IMG/VR virus record: IMGVR_UViG_2711768036_000001
Direction: 5' to 3' (one strand)
Length of the DNA: 11,692 nucleotides
Source: a virus
Lineage: Duplodnaviria > Heunggongvirae > Uroviricota > Caudoviricetes
Shown here: positions 1-7,151 of the stretch, piece after piece
Layout: each line of letters starts with the position of its first letter
Position numbering within the stretch: position 1 is the first letter of the stretch
Position numbers and translations under genes: made by a program
The notes under the pieces: model-generated
The model's database searches: none
Told to the model about the DNA's origin: nothing
Seen by the model: the letters and a program-made list of their open reading frames with translations, nothing else

Positions 1-1125
1 TGTTTCATTGCGAGAAATACCCGCGTAAAAAAAGGACTCATGCCTGTGCGCTTCAAAAGAGTCATCCTGAAGACTTAGCAAGGCACGTCCCGCATCCACT
101 CCACGCCCGTCATCCCAGCCACGAATAAACTCACCACGTAAATCAGGCAATTTATTTGTCGGATAAGCCTTTGCCAGTTCCGGGTATTCTTCAGCAGAAA
201 AAGCGGCACCGTTGCATTTCAGCCAGCCTGTTGGCGGAGTGGCTGAAGGCCACGGAACAGGCACCCCAATCGGTAATGCAGAGCCTTCTCCCAAACCAAG
301 GTATGCGAGAAGACCGGCAACATCCTTTCCACTCAAATGAGTCAGCGTATTGTCCAGCGGTTGTTTACCTGCCAGCGCATTGTTAATGGTGGTGCTGAAT
401 TTCGGGTCATTGTTAATGGCTGCGGCAATTTCTTTCAGTGTGTCCAGCGTGGCAGGCGCACCATTAACCAGAGCGGTAATAGCAGCCTGTACAAACGCAG
501 TGGTCGCAATCCGCGTGGTGTTATTTCCTGCATCAGGAGTCGGCGCTTTTGGTTCTCCGGTAAATGTCGGATTATGTTTCTGTGCATACTGGGTATGAGG
601 ATCCTGTGCGGCAATGTGGTTTCTCATCTGGTCATCCACATACAGCTTCAATTCCAGGACTTCATCATCCACGTATTTACGGGTCGCCAGTACCACCGAC
701 GGGTCGATTTTCAGCGTGATGGCTTCGGTATTCGTGACAACCAGAATCATGCGGATAGTCTGGGTGCGGCCACTGCCTTCCTGTAACAGCGGTTTGTACG
801 TTTCCGGGCAGTTCGCCACCGCAATGAGTACGCCTTCATCATCATAAAGCCCAATCTCACGGATCCAGAATCCGCCCTCGTTCTCAGGGATGATTTGCTC
901 CGCAATAATCTGGCTCTGGTTGTTCGGGTCAACACTCAGAAGATTCAGCGGTGCAATGCGTTTCTGATTAATCAGTTTTGTCTGTGCCGGGTCTGGTGTC
1001 GGCAAGACACCATTCGCATCACCAACGGCCATTTGCGTCAGATTCAGCTTACTGCCGAGCATCGTCGCGTTAGCCAGCCGTGCTGCGCCCTGATTAGTCA
1101 GAATGGCGTAGTATTTCACTGTCAT
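1..1125 (-). CDS. H: Tail fibre protein, N-terminal ~375 codons only (gene continues beyond window start). P2 gpH-like N-terminal anchor followed by a tail-collar-like motif.
   Basis: I reverse-complemented 1..1125 and translated it: ATG at 1125..1123 with no stop down to position 1, and a stop 6 codons upstream in the same frame. N-terminus MTVKYYAILTNQGAARLANATMLGSKLNLTQMAVGD...GGFWIREIGLYDDEGVLIAVANCPETYKPLLQEGSGR resembles the conserved N-terminal domain of P2 gpH but is diverged. Near the window edge the protein reads GWLKCNGAAFSAEEYPELAKAYP...LPDLRGEFIRGWDDGRGVD, typical of phage tail-collar fibre domains. ATGA start/stop overlap with I. Not in the ORF track because it has no stop inside the window. 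Confidence 0.85.
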   Translation of the reverse strand, partial: MTVKYYAILTNQGAARLANATMLGSKLNLTQMAVGDANGVLPTPDPAQTKLINQKRIAPLNLLSVDPNNQSQIIAEQIIPENEGGFWIREIGLYDDEGVLIAVANCPETYKPLLQEGSGRTQTIRMILVVTNTEAITLKIDPSVVLATRKYVDDEVLELKLYVDDQMRNHIAAQDPHTQYAQKHNPTFTGEPKAPTPDAGNNTTRIATTAFVQAAITALVNGAPATLDTLKEIAAAINNDPKFSTTINNALAGKQPLDNTLTHLSGKDVAGLLAYLGLGEGSALPIGVPVPWPSATPPTGWLKCNGAAFSAEEYPELAKAYPTNKLPDLRGEFIRGWDDGRGVDAGRALLSLQDDSFEAHRHESFFYAGISRNET

Positions 1126-1733
1126 GCGTTTACTCTCAGGTTATCAATTAAATGAATGGCCGAGGCCGGGAAATAATCCCCTCCGACAATAATGGCCTCC
1201 GGGGTGTAGGGATAAACCGTCAGGGCGTCGCCGTGATAGCATCCCGCACCGGCAAAAATGTTGCCGGTTGTACTTAAACTGATAGCCAGTCCCGTCAGAT
1301 GGCGGCTTGCAGGTTTTGCATCAGCAACGAGACGCTCCAGCTCCTGATACATTTCCTCGGTAATACCCTGCTCAAGCACGCCAACAACGATGCGGAACGT
1401 CCCTGGCTCCTCGTTGAGCTGCCACCACTCCCTCACCTCAATCAGATAGCCGAGCGGCTCCACCACACGGCGAATCGCACCAATAGTGCCCTTATGGCAG
1501 TGAATGAAATACGCATCGCGGATAACAGCGCGTTTGGTCGCTTCCGGCCATTTATCATCCCACCTGTCGACCGAAAATGACCACGCCAGCCACGGCAGCA
1601 GATTTGCCGGGCAGGTGTCCGGGTTCCACAGCTCACGAATACTGACCGGTGTTTTTTCAATTTCCGCACAGGCTTTTGCGGCGGCAACTTCAAGCGGTGA
1701 TGAGCCGGTCGGCAGCAGTCGCGAATCACTCAT
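1122..1733 (-). CDS. I: Baseplate assembly protein (P2 gpI-like), 203 aa
   Basis: ORF track 1122..1733. N-terminus MSDSRLLPTGSSPLEVAAAKACAEIEKTPVSIRELWNPDT recognised as P2 gpI. GGAGG lies 5 nt upstream of the ATG on the minus strand (revcomp of 1739..1743). The start overlaps the J stop and the stop overlaps the H start. Longer than P2 gpI (176 aa from memory). Confidence 0.9.
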   Translation of the reverse strand: MSDSRLLPTGSSPLEVAAAKACAEIEKTPVSIRELWNPDTCPANLLPWLAWSFSVDRWDDKWPEATKRAVIRDAYFIHCHKGTIGAIRRVVEPLGYLIEVREWWQLNEEPGTFRIVVGVLEQGITEEMYQELERLVADAKPASRHLTGLAISLSTTGNIFAGAGCYHGDALTVYPYTPEAIIVGGDYFPASAIHLIDNLRVNA

Positions 1734-2634
1734 CCGAGCCTCCGGTCACGACGCGGTATTCGGTACAGAAAGACGCCTGCGTACTGTTGAGCACGATGTC
1801 GGCCAGTGGTGCGGCCAGCTCGACACGCTGCACGCCTTCCACATGCAAAGCGGCATAAATGGCAGACAGACGGATGTCGCGCCCCAGCCGGTGCTGTGCC
1901 GTGATATACGCTTCCAGTTTTTTCACGGCGGCAGCGCGAATGGGTTCGCTTTCGGGACCAGGGTAAAGATACAGCGTGGCGTTTATCTGGTATTCAACGA
2001 TGGCGGCAGACTGCACGGTCACACGGTCAGCCACCGGCCTGACGTCCTCACCATTAAGGGCGTTACGCACCACAGCCAGCAGGTCTTCGGATGCGACACC
2101 GTTATTTTCACGTGACAGCACGGAGATGGTGACGCAGGCAGGAGACGGACTGGTAACAGAGATATCCGCGACACGCCCGTCAGCACTGCGACCATGATAC
2201 TGATAGGCACCCACCGACCCGGCGACGCTTAAACCTTCAAAGGCCTGCTGAATACGCAGACGATAATCGGTGTCAGATTCCATCACGGCCGGTGTCGGCG
2301 GGAGGGTCGAATCATCTGCCGGAGTGATAATCAGGCGCGTAGTGTTGTAATTGGCACCAATCACATCAAGGTCATTACCGGCTGCACAGGCCAGCATCAC
2401 CGCCCGTGCGGCCTCATTCACACGCTGACGCCAGATAAGCTCACGATAAGCATTTTCCTCCAGCAGTTTGACGAGAGGTTCGGATTCCAGCGTCAGGGTA
2501 CGGGCGACCGCCTCCTGCTGGTCTTCCGGGTAAAGGGAAATCAGTGTCGCCTTGCGTTCGGCAAGAATGGTTTCAAAGTCCAGCTCCTCGACCACATCCG
2601 GTGCGGGTAGCTGGTTCAGGTCGATAATCGGCAT
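1726..2634 (-). CDS. J: Baseplate assembly protein (P2 gpJ-like), 302 aa
   Basis: ORF track 1726..2634, 302 aa, same length as P2 gpJ as I recall. N-terminus MPIIDLNQLPAPDVVEELDFETILAERKA recognised. Sits between W and I as in P2. Confidence 0.92.
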   Translation of the reverse strand: MPIIDLNQLPAPDVVEELDFETILAERKATLISLYPEDQQEAVARTLTLESEPLVKLLEENAYRELIWRQRVNEAARAVMLACAAGNDLDVIGANYNTTRLIITPADDSTLPPTPAVMESDTDYRLRIQQAFEGLSVAGSVGAYQYHGRSADGRVADISVTSPSPACVTISVLSRENNGVASEDLLAVVRNALNGEDVRPVADRVTVQSAAIVEYQINATLYLYPGPESEPIRAAAVKKLEAYITAQHRLGRDIRLSAIYAALHVEGVQRVELAAPLADIVLNSTQASFCTEYRVVTGGSDE

Positions 2635-2638
2635 GGTT

Positions 2639-2986
2639 TCAACTCACAGGGATGGTTAACGAAAGTGGCTGGCCGGTGTCGTTGTGCTGGCCGGTTAACG
2701 TGACCGTCATTCGCCCGTCAAAACTGTGCTCAGTGGTGACGGATGACAGGGTGACGCGGGGTTCCCATTTCAGCACCGCCATGTAACAGGCGACCTTAAT
2801 CTGCAACTCAAGCGCCGGAGTCTGCGGCTGGTCAATCATTGACGCCAGCAACGAGCCGTAATCACGACGCATCACCCGTGAGCCGACCGGTGTGCGCAGG
2901 ATATCGCCGATACTCTGGCTGATATGCTCAAGGTCAGTGACCGTCAGGCCATCACTGCGATTCATTCCGAGATAACGCGCTGTCAT
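2639..2986 (-). CDS. W: Baseplate wedge protein (P2 gpW-like, T4 gp25-like fold), 115 aa
   Basis: ORF track 2639..2986, 115 aa matching P2 gpW. N-terminus MTARYLGMNRSDGLTVTDLEHISQSIGDIL recognised. The start overlaps the V stop (ATGA at 2983..2986). Confidence 0.92.
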   Translation of the reverse strand: MTARYLGMNRSDGLTVTDLEHISQSIGDILRTPVGSRVMRRDYGSLLASMIDQPQTPALELQIKVACYMAVLKWEPRVTLSSVTTEHSFDGRMTVTLTGQHNDTGQPLSLTIPVS

Positions 2987-3618
2987 AAAGGACTCCCGGT
3001 TGTGCCGCCGCTGTCGCCGGGGTGTTTGTGGGTATGCAGTACCTTACCGTTTGAGGAGAGTTCACCGCCGGTGTGTTCAATGTTGCCGCGCATCGTCCCG
3101 CCCTTCTGCACTTCCAGCGTGCCGGTAATCAGCCTGTTGGTGCAGACCACCTCCGGTGTGTCCAGGGTAACGCGGGTTGATGCTTTCACCGTGACCACCG
3201 GCACCGTGGCAGTAACAGAATCAGAAGCCGTCACGCTGGCCGTTTTAATTCCGCTTACCGTGAGTGCGCTGGTTTCGGGTTCATACTCAATCACCGCCCC
3301 GTCAGGGAAACGGATATGCAGGGCATCCGCCGACGCAGACGGCGCGGGGTTATCACCGGAATAAATCCCCGGCAGAACGAACGCCGTGTCGAGTTCACCG
3401 CCCACGGCCAGAATCAGCACCTGTTCCCCCTCGGAAGGTGCCCACCACGTGCGCGAACGTCCGGCGCGATGGGTCAGCCACTGAAGCCAGTCGGTGCACA
3501 TGCCGCCGGTCTGCACACGGCAGCGACCGGCGTTAAGGTCGGTTTCGACGACAAGGCCGGTGCGAATCATGTTGCGCAGTGCGCGCGCGAGTTCCTGAAT
3601 ATTTGCGAGAGTGTTCAT
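2983..3618 (-). CDS. V: Baseplate central spike protein (P2 gpV-like), 211 aa
   Basis: ORF track 2983..3618, 211 aa matching P2 gpV. N-terminus MNTLANIQELARALRNMIRTGLVVETD recognised. First gene after the S-V intergenic gap. Confidence 0.92.
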   Translation of the reverse strand: MNTLANIQELARALRNMIRTGLVVETDLNAGRCRVQTGGMCTDWLQWLTHRAGRSRTWWAPSEGEQVLILAVGGELDTAFVLPGIYSGDNPAPSASADALHIRFPDGAVIEYEPETSALTVSGIKTASVTASDSVTATVPVVTVKASTRVTLDTPEVVCTNRLITGTLEVQKGGTMRGNIEHTGGELSSNGKVLHTHKHPGDSGGTTGSPL

Positions 3619-3684
3619 AACGGGAAGGATGCCGCCGGGTCATACCGGCGGCAATGTGACGATGAGGTGTCAGGAATGGCACAA
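3619..3684 (-). promoter_or_regulatory. S-V intergenic region; expected position of a P2-type late promoter for V-W-J-I-H (P_V), assigned by synteny only
   Basis: 66-nt gap between the S stop and the V start, which in P2 carries the activator-dependent late promoter P_V. Seen in the sequence: an 8-bp GC-rich inverted repeat gccgccgg/ccggcggc at 3631..3638 and 3645..3652 (6-nt loop), and TGT-N10-ACA at 3668..3683. No exact TGT-N12-ACA found. Confidence 0.3.
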
Positions 3685-4137
3685 CTAACGGTCGAGGTGA
3701 GCCAGGATAATCTCTTCAATCATCTGCACATCCTCACTGGTAAAGCCGAGCAGAGGACGCGCCGGATAATCAATTTTCTTACCGTCTTTCCGGTTTTCTT
3801 CCGACAGACCGAACTGATGCACGCTGGCGATTTTCGGTGACTTCCCGCCGTAAAACTCCATTGATGCCTGTTCCGGGCTGGCGCGGATATGCAAAAAACG
3901 ACTGGTGATAAGTTTCGCAAACATTTTTCGCTTAACACGACCAGTCTTTTTTCTGGCGCTCTGCTGCTGGCGTGGCGCGTAGGGTGTGCCGTCCGGGGCT
4001 TTCTGAGCCATCACCCGACGCTGCTGACTCTGCCGCAGACGTTTCGCCAGTTCGGCGCTCAGTCGCCGACGCCCTGACGGTGACAGCGATTCAATCAGTC
4101 CGGTCAGCCGGTCTTCAAAACGCTTAAACTCATTCAT
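3685..4137 (-). CDS. S: Tail completion protein (P2 gpS-like), 150 aa
   Basis: ORF track 3685..4137, 150 aa matching P2 gpS. N-terminus MNEFKRFEDRLTGLIESLSPSGRRRLSAELAKRL recognised. The start overlaps the R stop by 8 nt. Confidence 0.92.
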   Translation of the reverse strand: MNEFKRFEDRLTGLIESLSPSGRRRLSAELAKRLRQSQQRRVMAQKAPDGTPYAPRQQQSARKKTGRVKRKMFAKLITSRFLHIRASPEQASMEFYGGKSPKIASVHQFGLSEENRKDGKKIDYPARPLLGFTSEDVQMIEEIILAHLDR

Positions 4138-4597
4138 CCCACTTGCTCACCAGTTCGCCATTGATATAAAGCTCCACCGGGCGGGTGACCGGCTCCGGCG
4201 GCGGGGGTTCCGGGATATTCTTCACATGCAGTGCGCCGTCCACCTCACTGACCAGCGTGCGCTCGGTCAGCATCAGGCTGATGCTGATATCAAAGCTGCT
4301 GTCATTGTTGATGTCTGCATAAAACGTGAAGCCCTTTTTCTGGCCTGCGTCGGTGGTCATGATGTCGGGCTGATTTTCCCGCAGCCACGCCAGCACCGGC
4401 ACGATGAGCAGGTCAAAATCACCGGTAAAGTCGGTCACAATCACATTGAGCGTGTAACGCTTTTCGAATGACAGCGACGTCGCCAGTGTGGAGGCAATAC
4501 TCCCGTTATCCACGAATATCCGCAGCATATCGGGGTTAGTTTTCAGCACCGTGACGGCATCAGTCAGCGCCCTGCGCAGGCTGTCGGGTTTGAGCAT
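4130..4597 (-). CDS. R: Tail completion protein (P2 gpR-like), 155 aa
   Basis: ORF track 4130..4597, 155 aa matching P2 gpR. N-terminus MLKPDSLRRALTDAVTVLKTNPDMLRIF recognised. Confidence 0.92.
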   Translation of the reverse strand: MLKPDSLRRALTDAVTVLKTNPDMLRIFVDNGSIASTLATSLSFEKRYTLNVIVTDFTGDFDLLIVPVLAWLRENQPDIMTTDAGQKKGFTFYADINNDSSFDISISLMLTERTLVSEVDGALHVKNIPEPPPPEPVTRPVELYINGELVSKWDE

Positions 4598-4850
4598 CGT
4601 TTTCGTCCTGACAGTGTTTAATCATTTTTACCTGGCTGGCACAGCGCGCCAGCGCGTTCTCAAGCTGCCGGATATCAGCACTTAAATCGCCGTTCGTCTG
4701 CGGGTCACTGCCCGGCATCGGGCAAAGGCTCACTTTCGGGCAGGCGTTGGCGACAATCACTGGCGTCAGTGCAGGCCGGGCGCTGGTGCAACCGGCGCAC
4801 AGCATCAGGCAGGTCAGCGCCGTACCAGCGGCGAAAATCTTCGTTTTCAT
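4560..4850 (-). CDS. lysC: Outer-membrane spanin lipoprotein (Rz1-like, P2 LysC), 96 aa, embedded out of frame in lysB
   Basis: ORF track lists 4560..4967 (135 aa). I place the start at the internal Met at 4850 (cat at 4848..4850), giving MKTKIFAAGTALTCLMLCAGCTSARPALTP..., a signal peptide followed by Cys in a lipobox-like context. 96 aa matches P2 LysC. Lies within lysB in another frame, and its 3' end overlaps the R start (4560..4597). Confidence 0.8.
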   Translation of the reverse strand: MKTKIFAAGTALTCLMLCAGCTSARPALTPVIVANACPKVSLCPMPGSDPQTNGDLSADIRQLENALARCASQVKMIKHCQDENDAQTRQPAQGAD

Positions 4851-5130
4851 TAAGTAACCCCGTGATGGTTTTCTCGCGCTGTGCTTCACGCTTCGCGGCG
4901 TTCTCCAGTTCCTGACGCAGTGCCACCTGCGCCAGCTCGTTTTTGTCTGCCCTGGTGAGGGCAACATGAAGCTGATTTTTCAGCATGGTGATGGTCGTCT
5001 GCTGCCCGCTGGCGACGTTACTCGCCCTGTCCAGTGAGGTGCGCAGGCTGGCGTTTTCATGCTTCGCCAGAAACAGACCGGCCACCGCCAGTGATAACAA
5101 CACAACCAGCACAATCATCAGCTTTGACAT
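4705..5130 (-). CDS. lysB: Inner-membrane spanin (Rz-like, P2 LysB), 141 aa
   Basis: ORF track 4705..5130, 141 aa. Hydrophobic N-terminal segment MSKLMIVLVVLLSLAVAGLFLA followed by a charged, helix-prone region (ELAQVALRQELENAAKREAQREK). The start overlaps the lysA stop. Confidence 0.88.
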   Translation of the reverse strand: MSKLMIVLVVLLSLAVAGLFLAKHENASLRTSLDRASNVASGQQTTITMLKNQLHVALTRADKNELAQVALRQELENAAKREAQREKTITGLLNENEDFRRWYGADLPDAVRRLHQRPACTDASDCRQRLPESEPLPDAGQ

Positions 5131-5543
5131 GGTTCCCGCCCCTCAAAACGCTGACGACAGGCCGTACGTATCAGCCGGAAGAACACCGACACCACGAGGT
5201 AAATCAGCGCGGTAAAAATCCACCCGGCAGCGACCAGCGAGATAAACGTCGCCACCATCACTACCAGAGCCGCCGCCCGTCTGCGCCACGGCACCGGCTG
5301 CAAAAACAGCGACGTGACAATCTTCACGGCCAGCGATTCCGGTGGCAGCTCCCGCCCGTAGCGTTCCAGCACATACTCAGTGGCATACACGCCGACACCA
5401 CCGGCAACCACACAGATAACCGTCGCCAGAATCGCCCAGGCGGCGACAAAATTGACGGCCACGCTCTGCGGGTAAATCAGGGACAGTGCCAGCATCAGCG
5501 CCAGCGACACATTCAGCATCAGTGAAAGGGATAATTTCTTCAT
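5118..5543 (-). CDS. lysA: Lysis-timing membrane protein (P2 LysA-like, antiholin-type), 141 aa
   Basis: ORF track 5118..5543, 141 aa. Several hydrophobic helices (LSLMLNVSLALMLALSLIY; AILATVICVVAGGVGVYA; LVVMVATFISLVAAGWIFTALIYLVVSVFF). Position between K and lysB as in P2. Confidence 0.88.
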   Translation of the reverse strand: MKKLSLSLMLNVSLALMLALSLIYPQSVAVNFVAAWAILATVICVVAGGVGVYATEYVLERYGRELPPESLAVKIVTSLFLQPVPWRRRAAALVVMVATFISLVAAGWIFTALIYLVVSVFFRLIRTACRQRFEGREPCQS

Positions 5544-5557
5544 GGTGTTTACTCCGT

Positions 5558-6055
5558 TTAAGCCGGTACGCCGCCAGCGGTACGCCAGACGGTGACCAGT
5601 TTTTCCAGTGAATGCTCACGCTGACCGTAACCGGCACCCGGCAGGGACGCCCAGATATTGCGACAGCGTGAAATGGCGCGCTCAATGCGTCCCGCCCGGA
5701 TGTCATCCAGCGCACCGCGTTCGCGGATCAACTGAATGGCGAGCCTGTCCTGTGACAACGGACTGAAATCAGGCAGGGCAAGCTGTTTGCGGTAGTGCGG
5801 CCAGAACAGGTAAAGCTGCTGATAGCGACCGGAGGCCGTGGATTTTTCACCGCGACGGTTAAACACCTTCGCCGGTCGGCCATGCGCGAACGGGTGGTCA
5901 CTGTAGTCGGTGAATATTTCCGGCTTCCCGTCCAGTCCGGTGACTATCACGTCATAGCCCCGGTTTTTCGTCAGCGGATGATTCGCCGTCCCTTCGGACA
6001 CGGCCAGCATGTCGAGAAAGGCGGCGATATTCTGATGCGTGTTAATAACCGGCAT
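5558..6055 (-). CDS. K: Endolysin, lambda R-type lytic transglycosylase/lysozyme family (P2 gpK-like), 165 aa
   Basis: ORF track 5558..6055, 165 aa. Recognised as P2 gpK, with a lambda R-like motif (FLDMLAVSEGT...GYDVIV...FTDYSDHP...CRNIWASLPGAGYGQ). The start overlaps the Y stop by 1 nt (TAATG). Confidence 0.93.
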   Translation of the reverse strand: MPVINTHQNIAAFLDMLAVSEGTANHPLTKNRGYDVIVTGLDGKPEIFTDYSDHPFAHGRPAKVFNRRGEKSTASGRYQQLYLFWPHYRKQLALPDFSPLSQDRLAIQLIRERGALDDIRAGRIERAISRCRNIWASLPGAGYGQREHSLEKLVTVWRTAGGVPA

Positions 6056-6336
6056 TACGGTTTCCCCCTGCCCTTAAAGCGACGCTGAATGGCAATCTCA
6101 ATCACCTGATAACCGGCGATACCCAGCATGGAGCCGATGCCGCACACCGCAGGCAGTGACAGGTCAGGAAACTGCACCAGAACAACACCGGCAACCATCG
6201 AGACAAAACCACCGAGCAACATACGCCCGATAAACAGACGCGGGGTGATGGGTTCACCACCGGCAAGCACCTTGCCGACAACAATCAGCACCCCAATCAT
6301 GAAAAGCGACAGGACGCTTTTTTCTTCTGCTGTCAT
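6055..6336 (-). CDS. Y: Holin (P2 gpY-like), 93 aa
   Basis: ORF track 6055..6336, 93 aa matching P2 gpY. Hydrophobic helices (VLSLFMIGVLIVVGKVLAGG; LLGGFVSMVAGVVLV; AVCGIGSMLGIAGY) and a basic C-terminus (RRFKGRGKP). Confidence 0.9.
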   Translation of the reverse strand: MTAEEKSVLSLFMIGVLIVVGKVLAGGEPITPRLFIGRMLLGGFVSMVAGVVLVQFPDLSLPAVCGIGSMLGIAGYQVIEIAIQRRFKGRGKP

Positions 6337-6339
6337 GCG

Positions 6340-6543
6340 TTACTCCCACAGGTTGACAGTTTCAGCCACGGGCGCGGTCTGAACGTCGGGCAGTTCGACG
6401 GCGGTGCCGTGTGGCAGCACCGCACCCAGTTCAGCCAGTCCCGGATTTGCGGCGAGCACGGTCTCAACCACGCCCTCAGTGCGCCCGTAATACCGGACAC
6501 AAATGGCGTCGAGCGTGTCGCCCTGTAGCGCAAAGGTCTTCAT
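6340..6543 (-). CDS. X: Tail protein X (P2 gpX-like, LysM-like), 67 aa
   Basis: ORF track lists 6340..6612 (90 aa). I place the start at the internal Met at 6543, giving MKTFALQGDTLDAICVRYYGRTEGVVETVLAANPGLAELG, recognised as P2 gpX (67 aa). That ATG overlaps the L stop (ATGA at 6541..6545). The upstream extension would overlap L coding sequence. Confidence 0.88.
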   Translation of the reverse strand: MKTFALQGDTLDAICVRYYGRTEGVVETVLAANPGLAELGAVLPHGTAVELPDVQTAPVAETVNLWE

Positions 6544-7052
6544 CAGATTTGACTCACGATGCAGCGCGGCTTGTCCTGGATGCGCGCCACCGCCCAGCGC
6601 ATATCCCGCCACAGTTCATCGATGGTGCTGTCAATGCTGTCAGCCTTCTTGTCGCCTTTCGCACTGGCATCCACGCCGCGATAACGCTCATAAAGCGATG
6701 CGGTCGCCATCGCACACACGGCGCGCTCGTAGTAAAAAACTTTGATGCTTTCACCGTCGATGTCGTCCGCCGGGACGTCAGCCAGACGCGTAAAACCGGC
6801 GGCAATTTTCTGTTCGCGGTACTCGTACAGCTCCGCATTCGTTTCAGCCATGCCTGACTTGATGGCCTCACGCAGACGGGCGGGGGCGACGGTCTGCTCA
6901 AGGCGCATACGTTCCCGGACGCGCTTCGGGTCGATATCGGGAAAAAAGAACGTGTTTTTAATCACCGGCTCGTCGCCTGCCGGTTGCGGGATGACCACCG
7001 TACCCTCACCGGACACGGGAGCCTCCTTTCGCGGAATAATCAGCGTCATCAT
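6543..7052 (-). CDS. L: Head completion/stabilisation protein (P2 gpL-like), 169 aa
   Basis: ORF track lists 6543..7112 (189 aa). The conserved P2 gpL N-terminus MMTLIIPRKEAPVSGEGTVVIPQPAG starts at the Met at 7052 (cat cat at 7047..7052). A GAGG lies upstream on the minus strand (revcomp of 7058..7061, about 6 nt from the ATG). 169 aa matches P2 gpL. Confidence 0.88.
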   Translation of the reverse strand: MMTLIIPRKEAPVSGEGTVVIPQPAGDEPVIKNTFFFPDIDPKRVRERMRLEQTVAPARLREAIKSGMAETNAELYEYREQKIAAGFTRLADVPADDIDGESIKVFYYERAVCAMATASLYERYRGVDASAKGDKKADSIDSTIDELWRDMRWAVARIQDKPRCIVSQI

Positions 7053-7151
7053 GACTACCTCTGAAAAGTCGGGCGGTGGACGCCGGTACAGCGTCAGGTG
7101 AGTCACCCTCACTGACCGGCGTGCCGCCCTGGCGCGGGGCGCATTCGGTTG

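Noticed and set aside
1504-2115. 203-aa plus-strand ORF antisense to I/J. Similar long antisense ORFs: 3316..3840 (+, 174 aa), 7149..7748 (+, 199 aa), 10086..10796 (-, 236 aa), 337..786 (+, 149 aa), 5034..5525 (+, 163 aa).
   Set aside because: All lie entirely within, and antisense or out of frame to, strongly supported conserved phage genes in GC-rich sequence where stop codons are rare in shadow frames. Their products are low-complexity and Arg/Ser/His/Gly-rich, typical of non-coding shadow ORFs. None has a recognisable start context.
3631-3652. GC-rich hairpins at 3631..3652 and 9016..9035 as rho-independent terminators
   Set aside because: Neither is followed by a U-tract on either strand, and both lie inside operons that must be read through.
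4851-4967. Long form of the lysC ORF (135 aa starting at 4967)
   Set aside because: The upstream 39 codons (MLPSPGQTKTSWRRWHCVRNWRTPRSVKHSARKPSRGYL) would put a highly basic segment before the signal peptide and stop it working. The 96-aa form starting at MKTKIF matches the known LysC.
6544-6612. N-terminally extended X (90 aa starting at 6612)
   Set aside because: The conserved gpX starts at MKTFALQGDTL (ATG at 6543), where it overlaps the L stop in the usual ATGA coupling arrangement. The extension would overlap the L coding sequence and gives an Ala/Gly-rich non-conserved peptide.
7053-7112. N-terminally extended L (189 aa starting at 7112) as listed in the ORF track
   Set aside because: The conserved gpL N-terminus (MMTLIIPRKEAP...) begins at 7052 and has a GAGG-containing ribosome-binding site. 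The 20-codon extension (MRVTHLTLYRRPPPDFSEVV) is not part of P2 gpL as I recall it and runs through the intergenic palindrome.
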